From assembly GCA_965208835.1 (NCBI GenBank), contig OZ242358.1, positions 5,024,001 to 5,088,000 of the forward strand: a DNA stretch of 64,000 bases, given 5' to 3'. A program made the position numbers and the translations under genes. This DNA is from Candidatus Latescibacterota bacterium. Its GTDB lineage: Bacteria; Latescibacterota; UBA2968; GCA-2709665. Under the pieces are notes generated by a model. The model saw nothing but the letters and a program-made list of their open reading frames with translations, was not told the origin of the DNA and did not search any database. Shown here one piece after another: positions 1 through 9,714 of this stretch; the stretch's first letter is position 1, and each line of letters starts with the position of its first letter.

Positions 1-427
1 GGTCCGTGTTCAGAAACAGGAATCCCGGCACGCTCCAGGAGGTCCGCACGCCCGGCAGGTATTTCATTACCTTGGCGTCGCCCCCCGCGTTGAAGCCGGC
101 GACCAGGGCGAAGTCCCGAATGGGACCCACGCGCACTTCTTTTCTCGACAGTTTGCCGAAGCTCAATGTCGGATACCACTCGGAATAGAAGTCCCTGTCG
201 TTGAAGCCGTCGCTGCCGCTGTCGTCGATGTAATCCAGAAAAAAGAAACTGTCGCCCAGTTTCCATCTGGACGCGTTCTGCACGGTAAACACGAGCGTCC
301 ATTCGTCGGTCCCTGAGAATGGATTCAGGTGTGAACCGTATTGAAGGTGAAACTCGGTCTGCGCGATCGCGGAGGTCCTCGCGGTAAGCAGCAGAACAAC
401 CAAAATTCCGGTGTATGCCTTTTTCAT
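1..427 (-). CDS. Tsx/DUF5020-like outer-membrane channel, N-terminal part (runs off the window)
   Basis: Manual translation from ATG 427: MKKAYTGILVVLLLTARTSAIAQTEFHLQYGSHLNPFSG...WKLGDSFFFLDY...DFYSEWYPTLSFGKL. Signal peptide followed by aromatic beta-strands typical of Tsx-like porins. Confidence 0.7.
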   Translation of the reverse strand, partial: MKKAYTGILVVLLLTARTSAIAQTEFHLQYGSHLNPFSGTDEWTLVFTVQNASRWKLGDSFFFLDYIDDSGSDGFNDRDFYSEWYPTLSFGKLSRKEVRVGPIRDFALVAGFNAGGDAKVMKYLPGVRTSWSVPGFLFLNTD

Positions 428-616
428 AACGAAATCTCGTTGCGTTATTGGATCTGCAATTTGCCGGGATTGCTGATCGGAGTGGGTTTATTGCGATCGC
501 CAACTTTGTCGGAAGCCTTGCCAGCCACAATTGCTCGATAACGGTTTGGTGAAACAATGCAGCCGGACGAAAGACGTCTAATGGTAGACCCGTAATGACA
601 ACATTGCAGATTCGGA

Positions 617-1720
617 CTATTCCCTTATTGTCCAAAGGTCAAACTCATCCTGAGGTGTTGTTTTGCTACGAGAAAAGCTATCTGCCTGCCGGCGGCCTTC
701 ACGTGCCGATCCCGCTGCGACACGAGTCTGTATTCGCCACCCTGAGTCACGGAGCGAAAGTTGTAATATCTCAAAGGGATCAGCACGGCGGTCGTTAATG
801 CCCCCGAACCGGATTACGAGACGGGCATCCGATACCGCTTTTTTTGCACAATTGCTCCACACTCGGTGAAGGTCTGCGGCGAATATCTCAGGACTGCTAT
901 GTTTTAGCTGACCCGTCTGGCAATAGTCTACTGAATCAGCCCCTCCCAAGAACCATAGTCTTAGCCATTGGTCTGGCATGTAGGTGCGCATTCCGTAGTA
1001 GGGTGGCGACGTAATGAACCAATGCACGTCTTCTGACACACCAATGAAGGCCCTGGATCTTCGGGCGTCGCCAAGCCACACGTTTCCGATGCTTGTCTGC
1101 AACTCCGAACTAAAGAAACGGGTCGCTCGTCTTAAAACGAGCTTCCTAATGTCTACGCAAGGTGGACATAGCCCTCTTGATTCCCAGAATCTCACTGCGT
1201 AAGCCGGCTTTGGCGCATACGTCCGCGGCGATTGGTTCGAAAAATGTGAAGGAACCGTCGGTGTTAATGGGCCATGGAGTGCCCCAAGAATGATGGCCCT
1301 TAATGCATTCTTAGGTGCCGTGTCGCATCTATCAAGGAATGCCTCGCGCAATACGCAAAGTGTCTTCAAGACGGACTCATGGTATGCAAGTTCCCAGAAA
1401 CGGGTATTGGGGACGTTTCGAGGCTTGGTTTCTTTTGACAGACACATATTCAGTTCGTCCATAATCTCGTCCGGAGTCACTGACAGGAGTTTCGCATGTG
1501 AAATTGCAACGGCAAGGGGATGGCTATCGATTCCCTGTGTCGGTAGTCCAAGCAGGCGCGCAGCTAGATTTGTAGTACCACGCCCACAGAAGGGGTCAAG
1601 CACCCATTGTCCAGGAATAGCTCGTCTTTGAAGAACAGACAGGGGAAACCGGATTGGAAACATCGTGAAGTACGGACAGATCCCATTTAACATTCCCTTG
1701 CGGTCCGCAGTCGATGACAT
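617..1720 (-). CDS. Amino-DNA methyltransferase (probable m4C, alpha motif order)
   Basis: Motif I DPFCGRGTT near the N-terminus; motif IV ITSPPY late in the protein. ATG at 1720 overlaps the herA stop (TAATG). Confidence 0.88.
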   Translation of the reverse strand: MSSTADRKGMLNGICPYFTMFPIRFPLSVLQRRAIPGQWVLDPFCGRGTTNLAARLLGLPTQGIDSHPLAVAISHAKLLSVTPDEIMDELNMCLSKETKPRNVPNTRFWELAYHESVLKTLCVLREAFLDRCDTAPKNALRAIILGALHGPLTPTVPSHFSNQSPRTYAPKPAYAVRFWESRGLCPPCVDIRKLVLRRATRFFSSELQTSIGNVWLGDARRSRAFIGVSEDVHWFITSPPYYGMRTYMPDQWLRLWFLGGADSVDYCQTGQLKHSSPEIFAADLHRVWSNCAKKAVSDARLVIRFGGINDRRADPFEILQLSLRDSGWRIQTRVAAGSAREGRRQADSFSRSKTTPQDEFDLWTIRE

Positions 1721-3807
1721 TATGCGGCATCTCCCGCTTTCACCCAAGTTGCGTTCGATGACGAACTCTTGTAGGTATGCCAGCCATCCGGACGTTCGCT
1801 GAATGTTTCGTCAAGAGCCTTGGGTACAAGACGATAGGCGATATCATCACGATTATCCAATTCGTCAGGCAAGATCTCACGAAAAAATGCATTTAACATC
1901 CCCCACGGCGCACCTTTTGTGCTCACACGTTCCTTTAGATCGCTCTGCGAAAATTCCAGAATCGCACGGGCTTCGAGCTGTCTTAACACATCTAAAGGAG
2001 GCGTTTCATCGTCGTCCTTGGTTACGTCTTCTTTGTCGTCAGCGGAATCATTGCCGCGACCCGCTAGTCCAGCGAACTGTCTCCGCAGTGCTTCAGCGTA
2101 CGTTGGTGCTGCCGGCTTATTGTATTCCGGATCACGGAGATTATGAATTGCTTCGAATGACACAACTCGAATCGGAACCGGGTACGGCTTACCCTCCACA
2201 GAACTCCAAAATACGCCCTGTCCAGGAATGGGTTCGTTCAATAGTACGCTTAGCAAGTCATCACTGAAATGAGCGTTAGCCCGGCGTACATTCCCGAGGT
2301 CTCCGCCCGAAAGCAGATGAAAGATGAACCAATTATCACCTTGGCTTAGAATCTCATTCGGGATACTTCCGGGCTGTTGGGTTACCAGAACAGTGCCAAG
2401 GTCGTACTTCCTGCCCTCCTTGACCCACGCGATATAAGGCTCTGCTGCTGTACCGGACTCATTTAGAACTGCTTGGGCCTCTTCAACGACAGCGATTGTC
2501 GGGATAGTCTTGGGATCGGCGGAGGTGAACTCTTCCTGATTCCTATCAAAGATACGACGCAGTATGAGACCCGATAGAATCAGTGCCTGCCCACCTCGAA
2601 GCTGGGACAGGTCGATCACACAAAGTCTCCCGTCTGCAAGAGCTGCCATCAGCATGTCCATCAGCTGGCTGGATGGGTCGTGAAGCATTCGCACAATTGT
2701 AGTCGCGTTGGCCCTAGCTGCCAACGCCTCAACCTCTTGTCTGTCGTCTAACTGTAGAAGCTCCACAATGTCTTGCAAAGGAGCGTCATTACCATCCTTA
2801 TGAATGAGATCCACGAGTCGTTCCCACCGATCAGCATTTAGTGCACGTAACTTTCTAACATTTTGCTGATCTTGACGTTCTGGGGATAATGCGATTCCGA
2901 TGACATCTGCGGGGCGTAAGCGTCGAATATCCAGTTTGATGCCGCCTGCGACGAATGACTGATAAAACGAACTGGGGCTTCTTCTTGGAGTAAATACCAC
3001 AAGTTTGTCTTCAAGTCCTTCAACGTCACAAAGCCCTGGCCGCCCCTTGTCATCAGGCCAGAAATATTCACCATCTGGATCAAAGAGAATGGTTCCCACG
3101 GGAACACGCCGTCCCTGTCGCTTTTCGACTGTTGGAATGCTATCGTACAATCGGCTGAACAGGAGTTTGTTTAGATTGGACTTGCCGAAACCGGCACGAG
3201 CGAATATAAGAGTTCGTCGTGAAACCAGACTTCCAAGTGCGAACCGAACCTCTACTTCTTCGTCCTGTAATTGCATCCATGACTCTGCATCTTCTCGGCA
3301 CGGTCCGTATATGTATTCCCCCATGGCCAGATGCCCTATCAAGGCTCCATTCACATTGTGGCCTGAGATCTCCCTAAGAACGTCGCCGGATGGAAACGCT
3401 ACCGGACTCCCAACGTGGGGAAGCCTACGATGCGAGGGAACAAATGTCAGCCCGTCTTCATTGCGTCGGAGAACGCCAAGCACACGAATGTTGACCCTGT
3501 ATTTTAAATAATCCTCTCGAAGATTCTCCGGTACAGCGCGGTCCTCGCGAACTGCTCTGATGTTGAATTCTTCGCCACTGCCACTCGCCAATTTTCCCTC
3601 GGACGAAAGGGAAGTAATTCTCCCTAGCACCGCTTCCTCAGGCGATTCGAGCTGTACGAGGACGAATTGCCCGTGCATAGGCGTGCTCTGAAAGTCACTT
3701 CGATATGGTAGGGCGAGATCAGCGTGAAATTCTAGCCCGCCTTCTCGGAATCCCCGAAATACTCCAATGACGTGGTGACGAGGAAAAAGCGTTAAATCGG
3801 CGGCCAT
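1720..3807 (-). CDS. herA: HerA/FtsK-family ATPase (HAS barrel + DUF87)
   Basis: Walker A ARAGFGKS, FDPDGEY, Walker B VVEEAQ, arginine-finger EGRKY, VTQQP; AGGAG RBS overlapping the nurA stop. Confidence 0.92.
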   Translation of the reverse strand: MAADLTLFPRHHVIGVFRGFREGGLEFHADLALPYRSDFQSTPMHGQFVLVQLESPEEAVLGRITSLSSEGKLASGSGEEFNIRAVREDRAVPENLREDYLKYRVNIRVLGVLRRNEDGLTFVPSHRRLPHVGSPVAFPSGDVLREISGHNVNGALIGHLAMGEYIYGPCREDAESWMQLQDEEVEVRFALGSLVSRRTLIFARAGFGKSNLNKLLFSRLYDSIPTVEKRQGRRVPVGTILFDPDGEYFWPDDKGRPGLCDVEGLEDKLVVFTPRRSPSSFYQSFVAGGIKLDIRRLRPADVIGIALSPERQDQQNVRKLRALNADRWERLVDLIHKDGNDAPLQDIVELLQLDDRQEVEALAARANATTIVRMLHDPSSQLMDMLMAALADGRLCVIDLSQLRGGQALILSGLILRRIFDRNQEEFTSADPKTIPTIAVVEEAQAVLNESGTAAEPYIAWVKEGRKYDLGTVLVTQQPGSIPNEILSQGDNWFIFHLLSGGDLGNVRRANAHFSDDLLSVLLNEPIPGQGVFWSSVEGKPYPVPIRVVSFEAIHNLRDPEYNKPAAPTYAEALRRQFAGLAGRGNDSADDKEDVTKDDDETPPLDVLRQLEARAILEFSQSDLKERVSTKGAPWGMLNAFFREILPDELDNRDDIAYRLVPKALDETFSERPDGWHTYKSSSSNATWVKAGDAA

Positions 3808-3816
3808 GTTTTCTCC

Positions 3817-4962
3817 TTAGTACCTGCGTCCAGAAGTGTCAACATCCTGAAATTGGAACGCATCCAATGTTGTAGCTTCTCCAGCCAATACATCTCTAAG
3901 CCCAGAAAGGACCTGATCTTGAAGAACATCGAAATCAAAGTCGACGAGGGCAGCGTTTTCGTGAGCCCTTTGAAGGCAGCGCGGATAGAAGGGAATTGGG
4001 AACCCATCGACCGAGTCGGCGAGCAGACAACCAAGGATTACTTGAGCCTGTGCCCGCTGTGGTAGAAAAATGTCCACTGGCCATATTGGATCACTTGGGC
4101 GGCTACCGAATTTTACAAGGTGCATCTTACCACCTACGAATTTGTTGATTTCCCCACCGGGAATCTCCTCGTCGTCGCCCCTTGCATATTCAGACCAAAC
4201 ATAGGCGGCCTCTTCAAGTGGTTGCGGAACTGCGAGGTATGCAGGGTACTCTGTGGTTAGGACCCTCTCCAGTGCCATTGCCAAACGGTATCGGTCAAGC
4301 ACCTTACTGTGTTTCGCTAAACCCACAAGAAAGATGCGGCGCCGATTCTCATTCCACTCTTGAGCTATCGCTTCCTCTAATTGTTTCAAGAACTTTCGAA
4401 ACAAATCTTGGGCAAAGACCTTGCTTCGTAGCAGGCCGTCGCAGACGATCATCGTGTCGGTGCCAAAGTCCTTGTCCCGAATCACGGTCAGCAAAACTGC
4501 CCATTCCATAAGCTCACGATACACTTGTACCCAACTGGGACTAGTAGGGCGATCTTCGTCATTTAGTCGAATCATGTGGCTAAGTTTTGTGAGGTCAGTA
4601 CCTACATCTAATGCGTCCATGAGTTTGCCTACAGGAGTAAATGGCTTGCCTGATTTATCGAATTGCGTTGTTCCAAGGAGTCGGACGCTAGTGGACGGCG
4701 TTATCGCTTCGAGACAATATTCATTGTTGCTGGAATCCACTACACGAACAAGCTGAATTAGAAAAGGATCGAATTGAACACGGTTATTTCCTCCATCCGT
4801 ACCAACGAGTGATATGGAGGTGGTTTCGCGAGCCTGAATTCGACGTACCTGTGTACGGAGTGGTCTAACCTCTGCACGCAACTTCTGAAGAAGCTGGTAG
4901 TCATCTTGTATACGATTATGAATCTCTCTTCGCAGGAGGCTATGGCTGGCTGGATCTATCAT
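3817..4962 (-). CDS. nurA: NurA-family nuclease
   Basis: VGTDGG, VCDGLL, VGLAKHS and C-terminal YPRCLQRAHENA motifs; lies immediately upstream of herA. Confidence 0.85.
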   Translation of the reverse strand: MIDPASHSLLRREIHNRIQDDYQLLQKLRAEVRPLRTQVRRIQARETTSISLVGTDGGNNRVQFDPFLIQLVRVVDSSNNEYCLEAITPSTSVRLLGTTQFDKSGKPFTPVGKLMDALDVGTDLTKLSHMIRLNDEDRPTSPSWVQVYRELMEWAVLLTVIRDKDFGTDTMIVCDGLLRSKVFAQDLFRKFLKQLEEAIAQEWNENRRRIFLVGLAKHSKVLDRYRLAMALERVLTTEYPAYLAVPQPLEEAAYVWSEYARGDDEEIPGGEINKFVGGKMHLVKFGSRPSDPIWPVDIFLPQRAQAQVILGCLLADSVDGFPIPFYPRCLQRAHENAALVDFDFDVLQDQVLSGLRDVLAGEATTLDAFQFQDVDTSGRRY

Positions 4963-5043
4963 GGCGCCTCGTGAGATTTTGGTTGTATATTATGTAAAGT
5001 GCTGCATTGGGCACAAACTCGAACCTACGAAATAGGAGACGAT

Positions 5044-5814
5044 ATGCTTGGTATCGAACCGACGATCTTGATACTCATTGTGTGTATTGCGATGTATGCG
5101 TGTTGTGAATCGGAAGATTCGCTATCCCATTCGGATAAGGCCGCGTGGGGGTACGGCGCCGATAACGGGCCCGACGTGTGGGGTCGGCTCAGCCCGAACT
5201 ATGCGCTCTGCGCCACAGGGTCGCGCCAATCACCCATTGACCTCCGAAACCCCAGCTCGGCAAGCCTGCCGTCCATCACAATCAACTACCTGCCTACGCC
5301 CCTTAATATCCACAATAACGGCCATACCATAGAAGTTGCTTCCACCGACGAAAACTGGATAGAGGTTGGCGGCGAGAGATACAGCCTGCTGCAGTTCCAT
5401 TTCCACGCGCCATCCGAACATACGGTGGAAGGCAGGTCGTTCGACATGGAAATGCATCTCGTTCACCGCAACGGCGAGGGTGCGTTGGCCGTCATCGGCG
5501 TTCTCATCGAGCGCGGAAGCCGACACATCGCATTCGATCCCGTCTGGGCGCATTTGCCGCAAACGCCTGGTGAAATGAAACGCATCGAAGGCGTCACGGT
5601 CAACTCCGGTGACCTGCTGCCGCGTGACACGCGTACCTACAGGTATGACGGCTCGCTGACAACCCCGCCCTGTTCCGAGGACGTGAAATGGCTCGTGATG
5701 GCGACGCCCGTTGAACTCTCAGAGGCGCAGATTGCCGCATTCAAAGCTATCGTCAACAAGAATAACCGGCCGGTACAGGCGTTGAACGGCCGCGAGATTC
5801 TCACGGATATCTGA
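5044..5814 (+). CDS. Alpha-class carbonic anhydrase, secreted
   Basis: QSPID, NNGHT, QFHFH, SEHTVEG, EMHLVH, GSLTTPPCSE, NNRPVQ. AGGAG RBS before ATG 5044; hydrophobic N-terminus. Confidence 0.95.
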   Translation: MLGIEPTILILIVCIAMYACCESEDSLSHSDKAAWGYGADNGPDVWGRLSPNYALCATGSRQSPIDLRNPSSASLPSITINYLPTPLNIHNNGHTIEVASTDENWIEVGGERYSLLQFHFHAPSEHTVEGRSFDMEMHLVHRNGEGALAVIGVLIERGSRHIAFDPVWAHLPQTPGEMKRIEGVTVNSGDLLPRDTRTYRYDGSLTTPPCSEDVKWLVMATPVELSEAQIAAFKAIVNKNNRPVQALNGREILTDI

Positions 5815-5924
5815 AAGGAAGAATAGACCGGGATTGGCAGGCTGAAGAATTGGGGGAAGGAATTCTACAGTTCTAAATTCGTGTCTGCGGTTATTGGACT
5901 TCAATGCTTCCATTCTTGTAGCGT

Positions 5925-7229
5925 TCAGGATTTCCCCGGTACAGGTATCCCGTAACGATGCAAAGTGCTTGAAAGCGTGGGACGCCCCAGGCGAATCCTG
6001 CCGTCGTTCAGCAGGTATGAGAACAGATACCCGACGCCGAGCATGAGAATTCCGATGAGGAAACAATACATGACGGCTCTGTCGGGATAGACGTCCTTGA
6101 GATACCCCACGTACAACGGACCCGATATACCGGCGGCCGCCCAGGCCGTCAGGACGGCGCCGTAAATCGTAGACATCTTCTTTGTGCCGAAGACGTCCAG
6201 AACGAAGGGCGGCATGGTCGCGAATCCGCCGCCGAAGCAAAGCAGGACGTAACATACGAGGGCGGAGAATATCCAGGGATTGGTCTCCGTCATGAGGATG
6301 CCGAAGACGACCATCTGGCTGGCGAGGAGAACCCTGAAAACCGTGACCCGGCCGAAGCGGTCCGAGAGCAGTCCCCAGAACAGACGCCCCAATCCGTTGC
6401 AGATCGAGCTGACGGCGATGAGCGTGGCGCCGTATTCGGCCAGCGTGCTCGGCTCGATCGTACTATCAGCGAGGCCCCAGATCTCCTGGAGGATTTCCGA
6501 CTGGAAGCTGATGACGGAGATTCCGGCGGCGATGTTGAAGAAGAAGACGATCCACATGATGACGAACTGGGTCGTCTTGAGGTACGTTACGGCGGAGTCC
6601 GGCTCCCCGTAGTCAAAAGCATCATCGGCTGTACCGCCGGCGGGAGTCGCGGACGCAGGCGGATCGCTGAGGGCCAGGCTGCACGGGAGCAGAATGATTC
6701 CGAATATGATCCCGAGCCAGATGAAGACGAGCGGGAGTGTGCCATGCGTGGTTACGATTAAAAACGGCGCCAGCCCCTTGCTCAGCAGGAAGGCGCCGAC
6801 GCCGAAGCCCATAACGACGATACCGGTGGCCAGTCCCTTGCGGTCCGGGAACCACTTTGCTACCGTGGCGACGGGTGTGACGTACCCCAATCCGATTCCC
6901 GCGCCGCTTATCACGCCGTAACCCAGATAGAACAGCCAGATAGAATCCAGTTGCAATGCCGCGCCCGAGATCAGGTAACCGCCGGAAAACAGGATGCTGC
7001 CGGTTACCGCCAGGAATCTTGGGCCCAATCGCGAGAGCATATTGCCCGCCCAGGCCGCGGAGACTCCCAGCGTAAAGATCGCGATACTGAAGGCCCACGC
7101 GGTTTCGGTATGGGTCCAGCCGCCCTGACGAACCAGGATCGTCTGGAAGAAACTCCAGGCGTAGACCGTGCCGAAGCATACCTGCAGAACCGTGCAAAAG
7201 AGTGCGATAACGCTTCTTGGAATGCGCAA
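5925..7229 (-). CDS. MFS transporter, OFA (oxalate:formate antiporter) family
   Basis: GTVYAWS, KWFPDRKGLATG, GRLFWGLLSDRFGR, CFGGGF; about 12 hydrophobic segments. Confidence 0.9.
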   Translation of the reverse strand: MRIPRSVIALFCTVLQVCFGTVYAWSFFQTILVRQGGWTHTETAWAFSIAIFTLGVSAAWAGNMLSRLGPRFLAVTGSILFSGGYLISGAALQLDSIWLFYLGYGVISGAGIGLGYVTPVATVAKWFPDRKGLATGIVVMGFGVGAFLLSKGLAPFLIVTTHGTLPLVFIWLGIIFGIILLPCSLALSDPPASATPAGGTADDAFDYGEPDSAVTYLKTTQFVIMWIVFFFNIAAGISVISFQSEILQEIWGLADSTIEPSTLAEYGATLIAVSSICNGLGRLFWGLLSDRFGRVTVFRVLLASQMVVFGILMTETNPWIFSALVCYVLLCFGGGFATMPPFVLDVFGTKKMSTIYGAVLTAWAAAGISGPLYVGYLKDVYPDRAVMYCFLIGILMLGVGYLFSYLLNDGRIRLGRPTLSSTLHRYGIPVPGKS

Positions 7230-7244
7230 CGCCGCGTCCTCCGA

Positions 7245-7988
7245 TTAACCTGGCCTTTCCGCCGACCCTCCCGGTCCCCCAACGCCAGGCGAATTCCCCG
7301 ATATATGCCGGAACAACCGGGCGAGGTCGCCTACTTCATCATCGCGGGCGAGCAGTTCGTCGTCGTCCTGCTTATCCCGCTTTCGATCGTCGGCCAGATC
7401 CACCGCGTAGGAAAGAAGCCCTCCCAGCGGTTTTGCGGCCAGGTTGACCAGCCAGATCGAAGCCAGCACGCCCACAACGAGAAAGATACTGATGAGAATG
7501 ACCTGCTGGCCGATCGCGCGTTGAATCTTAAGTGCCACGATGTCCAGGTCCATACCGACGTGAACCGTGCCGGCCACTCCGGCCAGGATCGGGCTGCCCA
7601 CCTCAAGGAAATCGCCCAGACCCGGTATGTTTCGTTCAACAGGTTCGGTATTGGACGGATCGCTCGCCAGAATCTCTTCGGGGATTCCCGGAACGAAGGT
7701 ATGCGCCAGGTATTCGCCCTTCTCGCTGGTAATATAAATGTAGCGTATGCCCTGAATCTCGACGAATTGATCGATCATCGACTGCAGCGTCGCGAGATTC
7801 CGGTTCAGGAGGATGTCCACACTGGCGTTGGCGATGGTCTTCGCGATGTCCTTGCTGTTGGACGCGTATTCGGCCGACAACTGCGTGTCTACCGTGTAGA
7901 TGCACAGGAAAGACGTCGACAGTACGATCAGCCCGAAGAGCGCAAAGATGCCGAATCGGGTCTTCTGAAACAGCCTTTGTATTTTCAT
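7245..7988 (-). CDS. Two-TM sensor-like membrane protein with HAMP domain and no output domain
   Basis: Two hydrophobic helices flank a periplasmic domain; HAMP-like KPL...RDDEVGDLARLF is followed only by a short Gly/Pro tail and the stop. Confidence 0.75.
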   Translation of the reverse strand: MKIQRLFQKTRFGIFALFGLIVLSTSFLCIYTVDTQLSAEYASNSKDIAKTIANASVDILLNRNLATLQSMIDQFVEIQGIRYIYITSEKGEYLAHTFVPGIPEEILASDPSNTEPVERNIPGLGDFLEVGSPILAGVAGTVHVGMDLDIVALKIQRAIGQQVILISIFLVVGVLASIWLVNLAAKPLGGLLSYAVDLADDRKRDKQDDDELLARDDEVGDLARLFRHISGNSPGVGGPGGSAERPG

Positions 7989-7989
7989 A

Positions 7990-9357
7990 TTACGAAAGCC
8001 AGCTTTCCCAGTCGTTCAGAGTGACGAAGCGGCCGTCCTGAACGACGGTATAGTAAACGGTTTGCAGTCCCTGTCGACGGTCGGGTCCGAATGAAACTTT
8101 CTCCCCGATGCCGAGGTCGAAATTCCGGACCGAGAAGACCGCGTCCTCCAGCCCGGCCCTGTTGGGATTGTCTCCCAGGCGCCTGAGTATCTCGGTCATC
8201 AGCTTTGCGTCGAGAAAACCCTCCAGGCTGACAAAGCTCTGCTCGAACGGACTGTAGGGCTCTTTGACAAGTTCCTCGGGAACGGCCGGGTTGTAGCGCG
8301 CCATCAACTCGCGGTACTCTCTCACGGCAGGAATGGACGTGTCTTCATAGCTGGGCACGACCTGGGAGTTGACGAGGTACTTCGTATAAGTCTCCGCGTC
8401 ATCCCGGCCCTCACTGAGCAGATGCAGCAGATTCTCGCTGCCAACAAACGAGAGATTGGCGATCGGCACCTTCAGGCCCAGGTCGATCGCGTCGCGGGCG
8501 AAGGCTGCGCACGCGGCGTATGATCCGATGCAGATGACGGCGTCCGGAGAGGCCTTCTTCAAGATTTCAACCTGCCGCCTCATGCTTCCGGTGAACCTTT
8601 GACCCCGCCGGTAGGTCGCCTCGCCGGCGATTTGTCCGCCGTGCACCTCGATTGCCGCCCTCACACCCGCCCATCCGCTGCGTCCGTACGCGTCGGCCTG
8701 GTAGAACACGGCGATCCGCTTTCTGCCGGTCCGAACGAAGTTGTTCACAAGGCCGGCGGTCTCCTGGCGATAGGACGCCCGGAGGTTGAACGCGAAATCC
8801 CCATAGGGCGGCTCCCTCTGCGGCTGGGCGCCGGTAAACGGGAAGAACAGGTAGACCCGCTGGTCCTGGAATTTTTTCAGCAGGGGAAGCGCACGAGTAA
8901 CGGTGGGCGTGCCAACGTAGCCGAAAAGCAGGAAGACACGATCCTCGATCATGAGTCTCATGGTGTTCTTTACACACGGATCCGGCTGGTACCCGTCGTC
9001 GTACAGCTTGAAGTCTATCTTACGGCCGCCAACGCCGCCATTGTTATTGACATGGTTGAAGTAGGATTTGGCTCCTCTATAGAGTTCGCTGCCGAGCCCC
9101 CGGGAGGGCCCGGAAAACGCGGCGGACATACCCAGGACGATCTTGCCGTCATAAACGCCTTCAAAACCTTCGCCACTGCCCGAATCATCCGGTAAAACCC
9201 TGCCTGAACCGCCGTCCTGGGCTCCAGCGTCCTGCCAACTTCCCCAGGATAACGCCAGCAGCCCGAGTAAACCTCGACGGAGCATCGACCTTCGCGTAAG
9301 ATCGGACGCCTGGCCGCCCCGCCCGTCGTGTCCCTCGGTGCAATTGGGAATTCTCAT
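7990..9357 (-). CDS. Periplasmic binding protein, type I (LivK/LivJ-like)
   Basis: IVLGMSAAFSGP, GGRKI..YDDGYQP, GYVGTPT, FNLRASY; twin-arginine-like TRRSML; GAGGAG RBS before ATG 9357. Confidence 0.88.
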   Translation of the reverse strand: MRIPNCTEGHDGRGGQASDLTRRSMLRRGLLGLLALSWGSWQDAGAQDGGSGRVLPDDSGSGEGFEGVYDGKIVLGMSAAFSGPSRGLGSELYRGAKSYFNHVNNNGGVGGRKIDFKLYDDGYQPDPCVKNTMRLMIEDRVFLLFGYVGTPTVTRALPLLKKFQDQRVYLFFPFTGAQPQREPPYGDFAFNLRASYRQETAGLVNNFVRTGRKRIAVFYQADAYGRSGWAGVRAAIEVHGGQIAGEATYRRGQRFTGSMRRQVEILKKASPDAVICIGSYAACAAFARDAIDLGLKVPIANLSFVGSENLLHLLSEGRDDAETYTKYLVNSQVVPSYEDTSIPAVREYRELMARYNPAVPEELVKEPYSPFEQSFVSLEGFLDAKLMTEILRRLGDNPNRAGLEDAVFSVRNFDLGIGEKVSFGPDRRQGLQTVYYTVVQDGRFVTLNDWESWLS

Positions 9358-9396
9358 TCCGCTCCTCGTCAACTGAAATGCGGCTTGCCTGAATGC

Positions 9397-9585
9397 GGGT
9401 AGAGGGTAGACCAAAGGCGGTGAGACGTAAGCCGGGAGAGGTTAGAGATGTCCTGCCTCGTGAGGATTCTTTTCGTGCCGAAGGCAACGAGGAATTAAAT
9501 ATCGGGCGAGGATATCATCTACCGTCTACCCTCTCACCTCTACCCACCTTTCTTCTACCGTCTACCGTCTCCCGTCTACCCGCTT
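9397..9585 (+). repeat. Dispersed intergenic repeat family A, copy 1
   Basis: GAGACGT(A/G)AGCCGGGAGAG...TCGTGCCGAAGGCAA...GGCGAGGAT..TCTACCGTCTACCCTCTC; similar copies at 23831, 25548 and 52977. Confidence 0.85.
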
Positions 9586-9588
9586 CTG

Positions 9589-9684
9589 AGGGGCCCGGGG
9601 GAGAGGTCCCGTTCACGTCCAGCAACCTGGTGTATCCTGGTAATCCGCAGTTTAATCGCCTTTATCAACTTGCATATATTCGGT
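9589..9684 (+). repeat. Dispersed repeat family B, copy 1
   Basis: AGGGGCCCGGGGGAGAGGTCCCGTTCACGTCCAGCAACCTGGTGTATCCTGGTAATCCGCAGTTTAATCGCCTTTAT; reverse-complement copies at 25488-25540 and 44636-44712. Confidence 0.8.
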
Positions 9685-9714
9685 GTAACGTCCGCGAATA
9701 CATACGAATCATGG

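Noticed and set aside
1721-1747. ORF-track upstream start for the MTase (and similar extensions at 9414, 18269, 19792, 31465, 35361, 41821)
   Set aside because: These extensions run through neighbouring genes or repeats; downstream starts with an RBS or translational coupling fit better.
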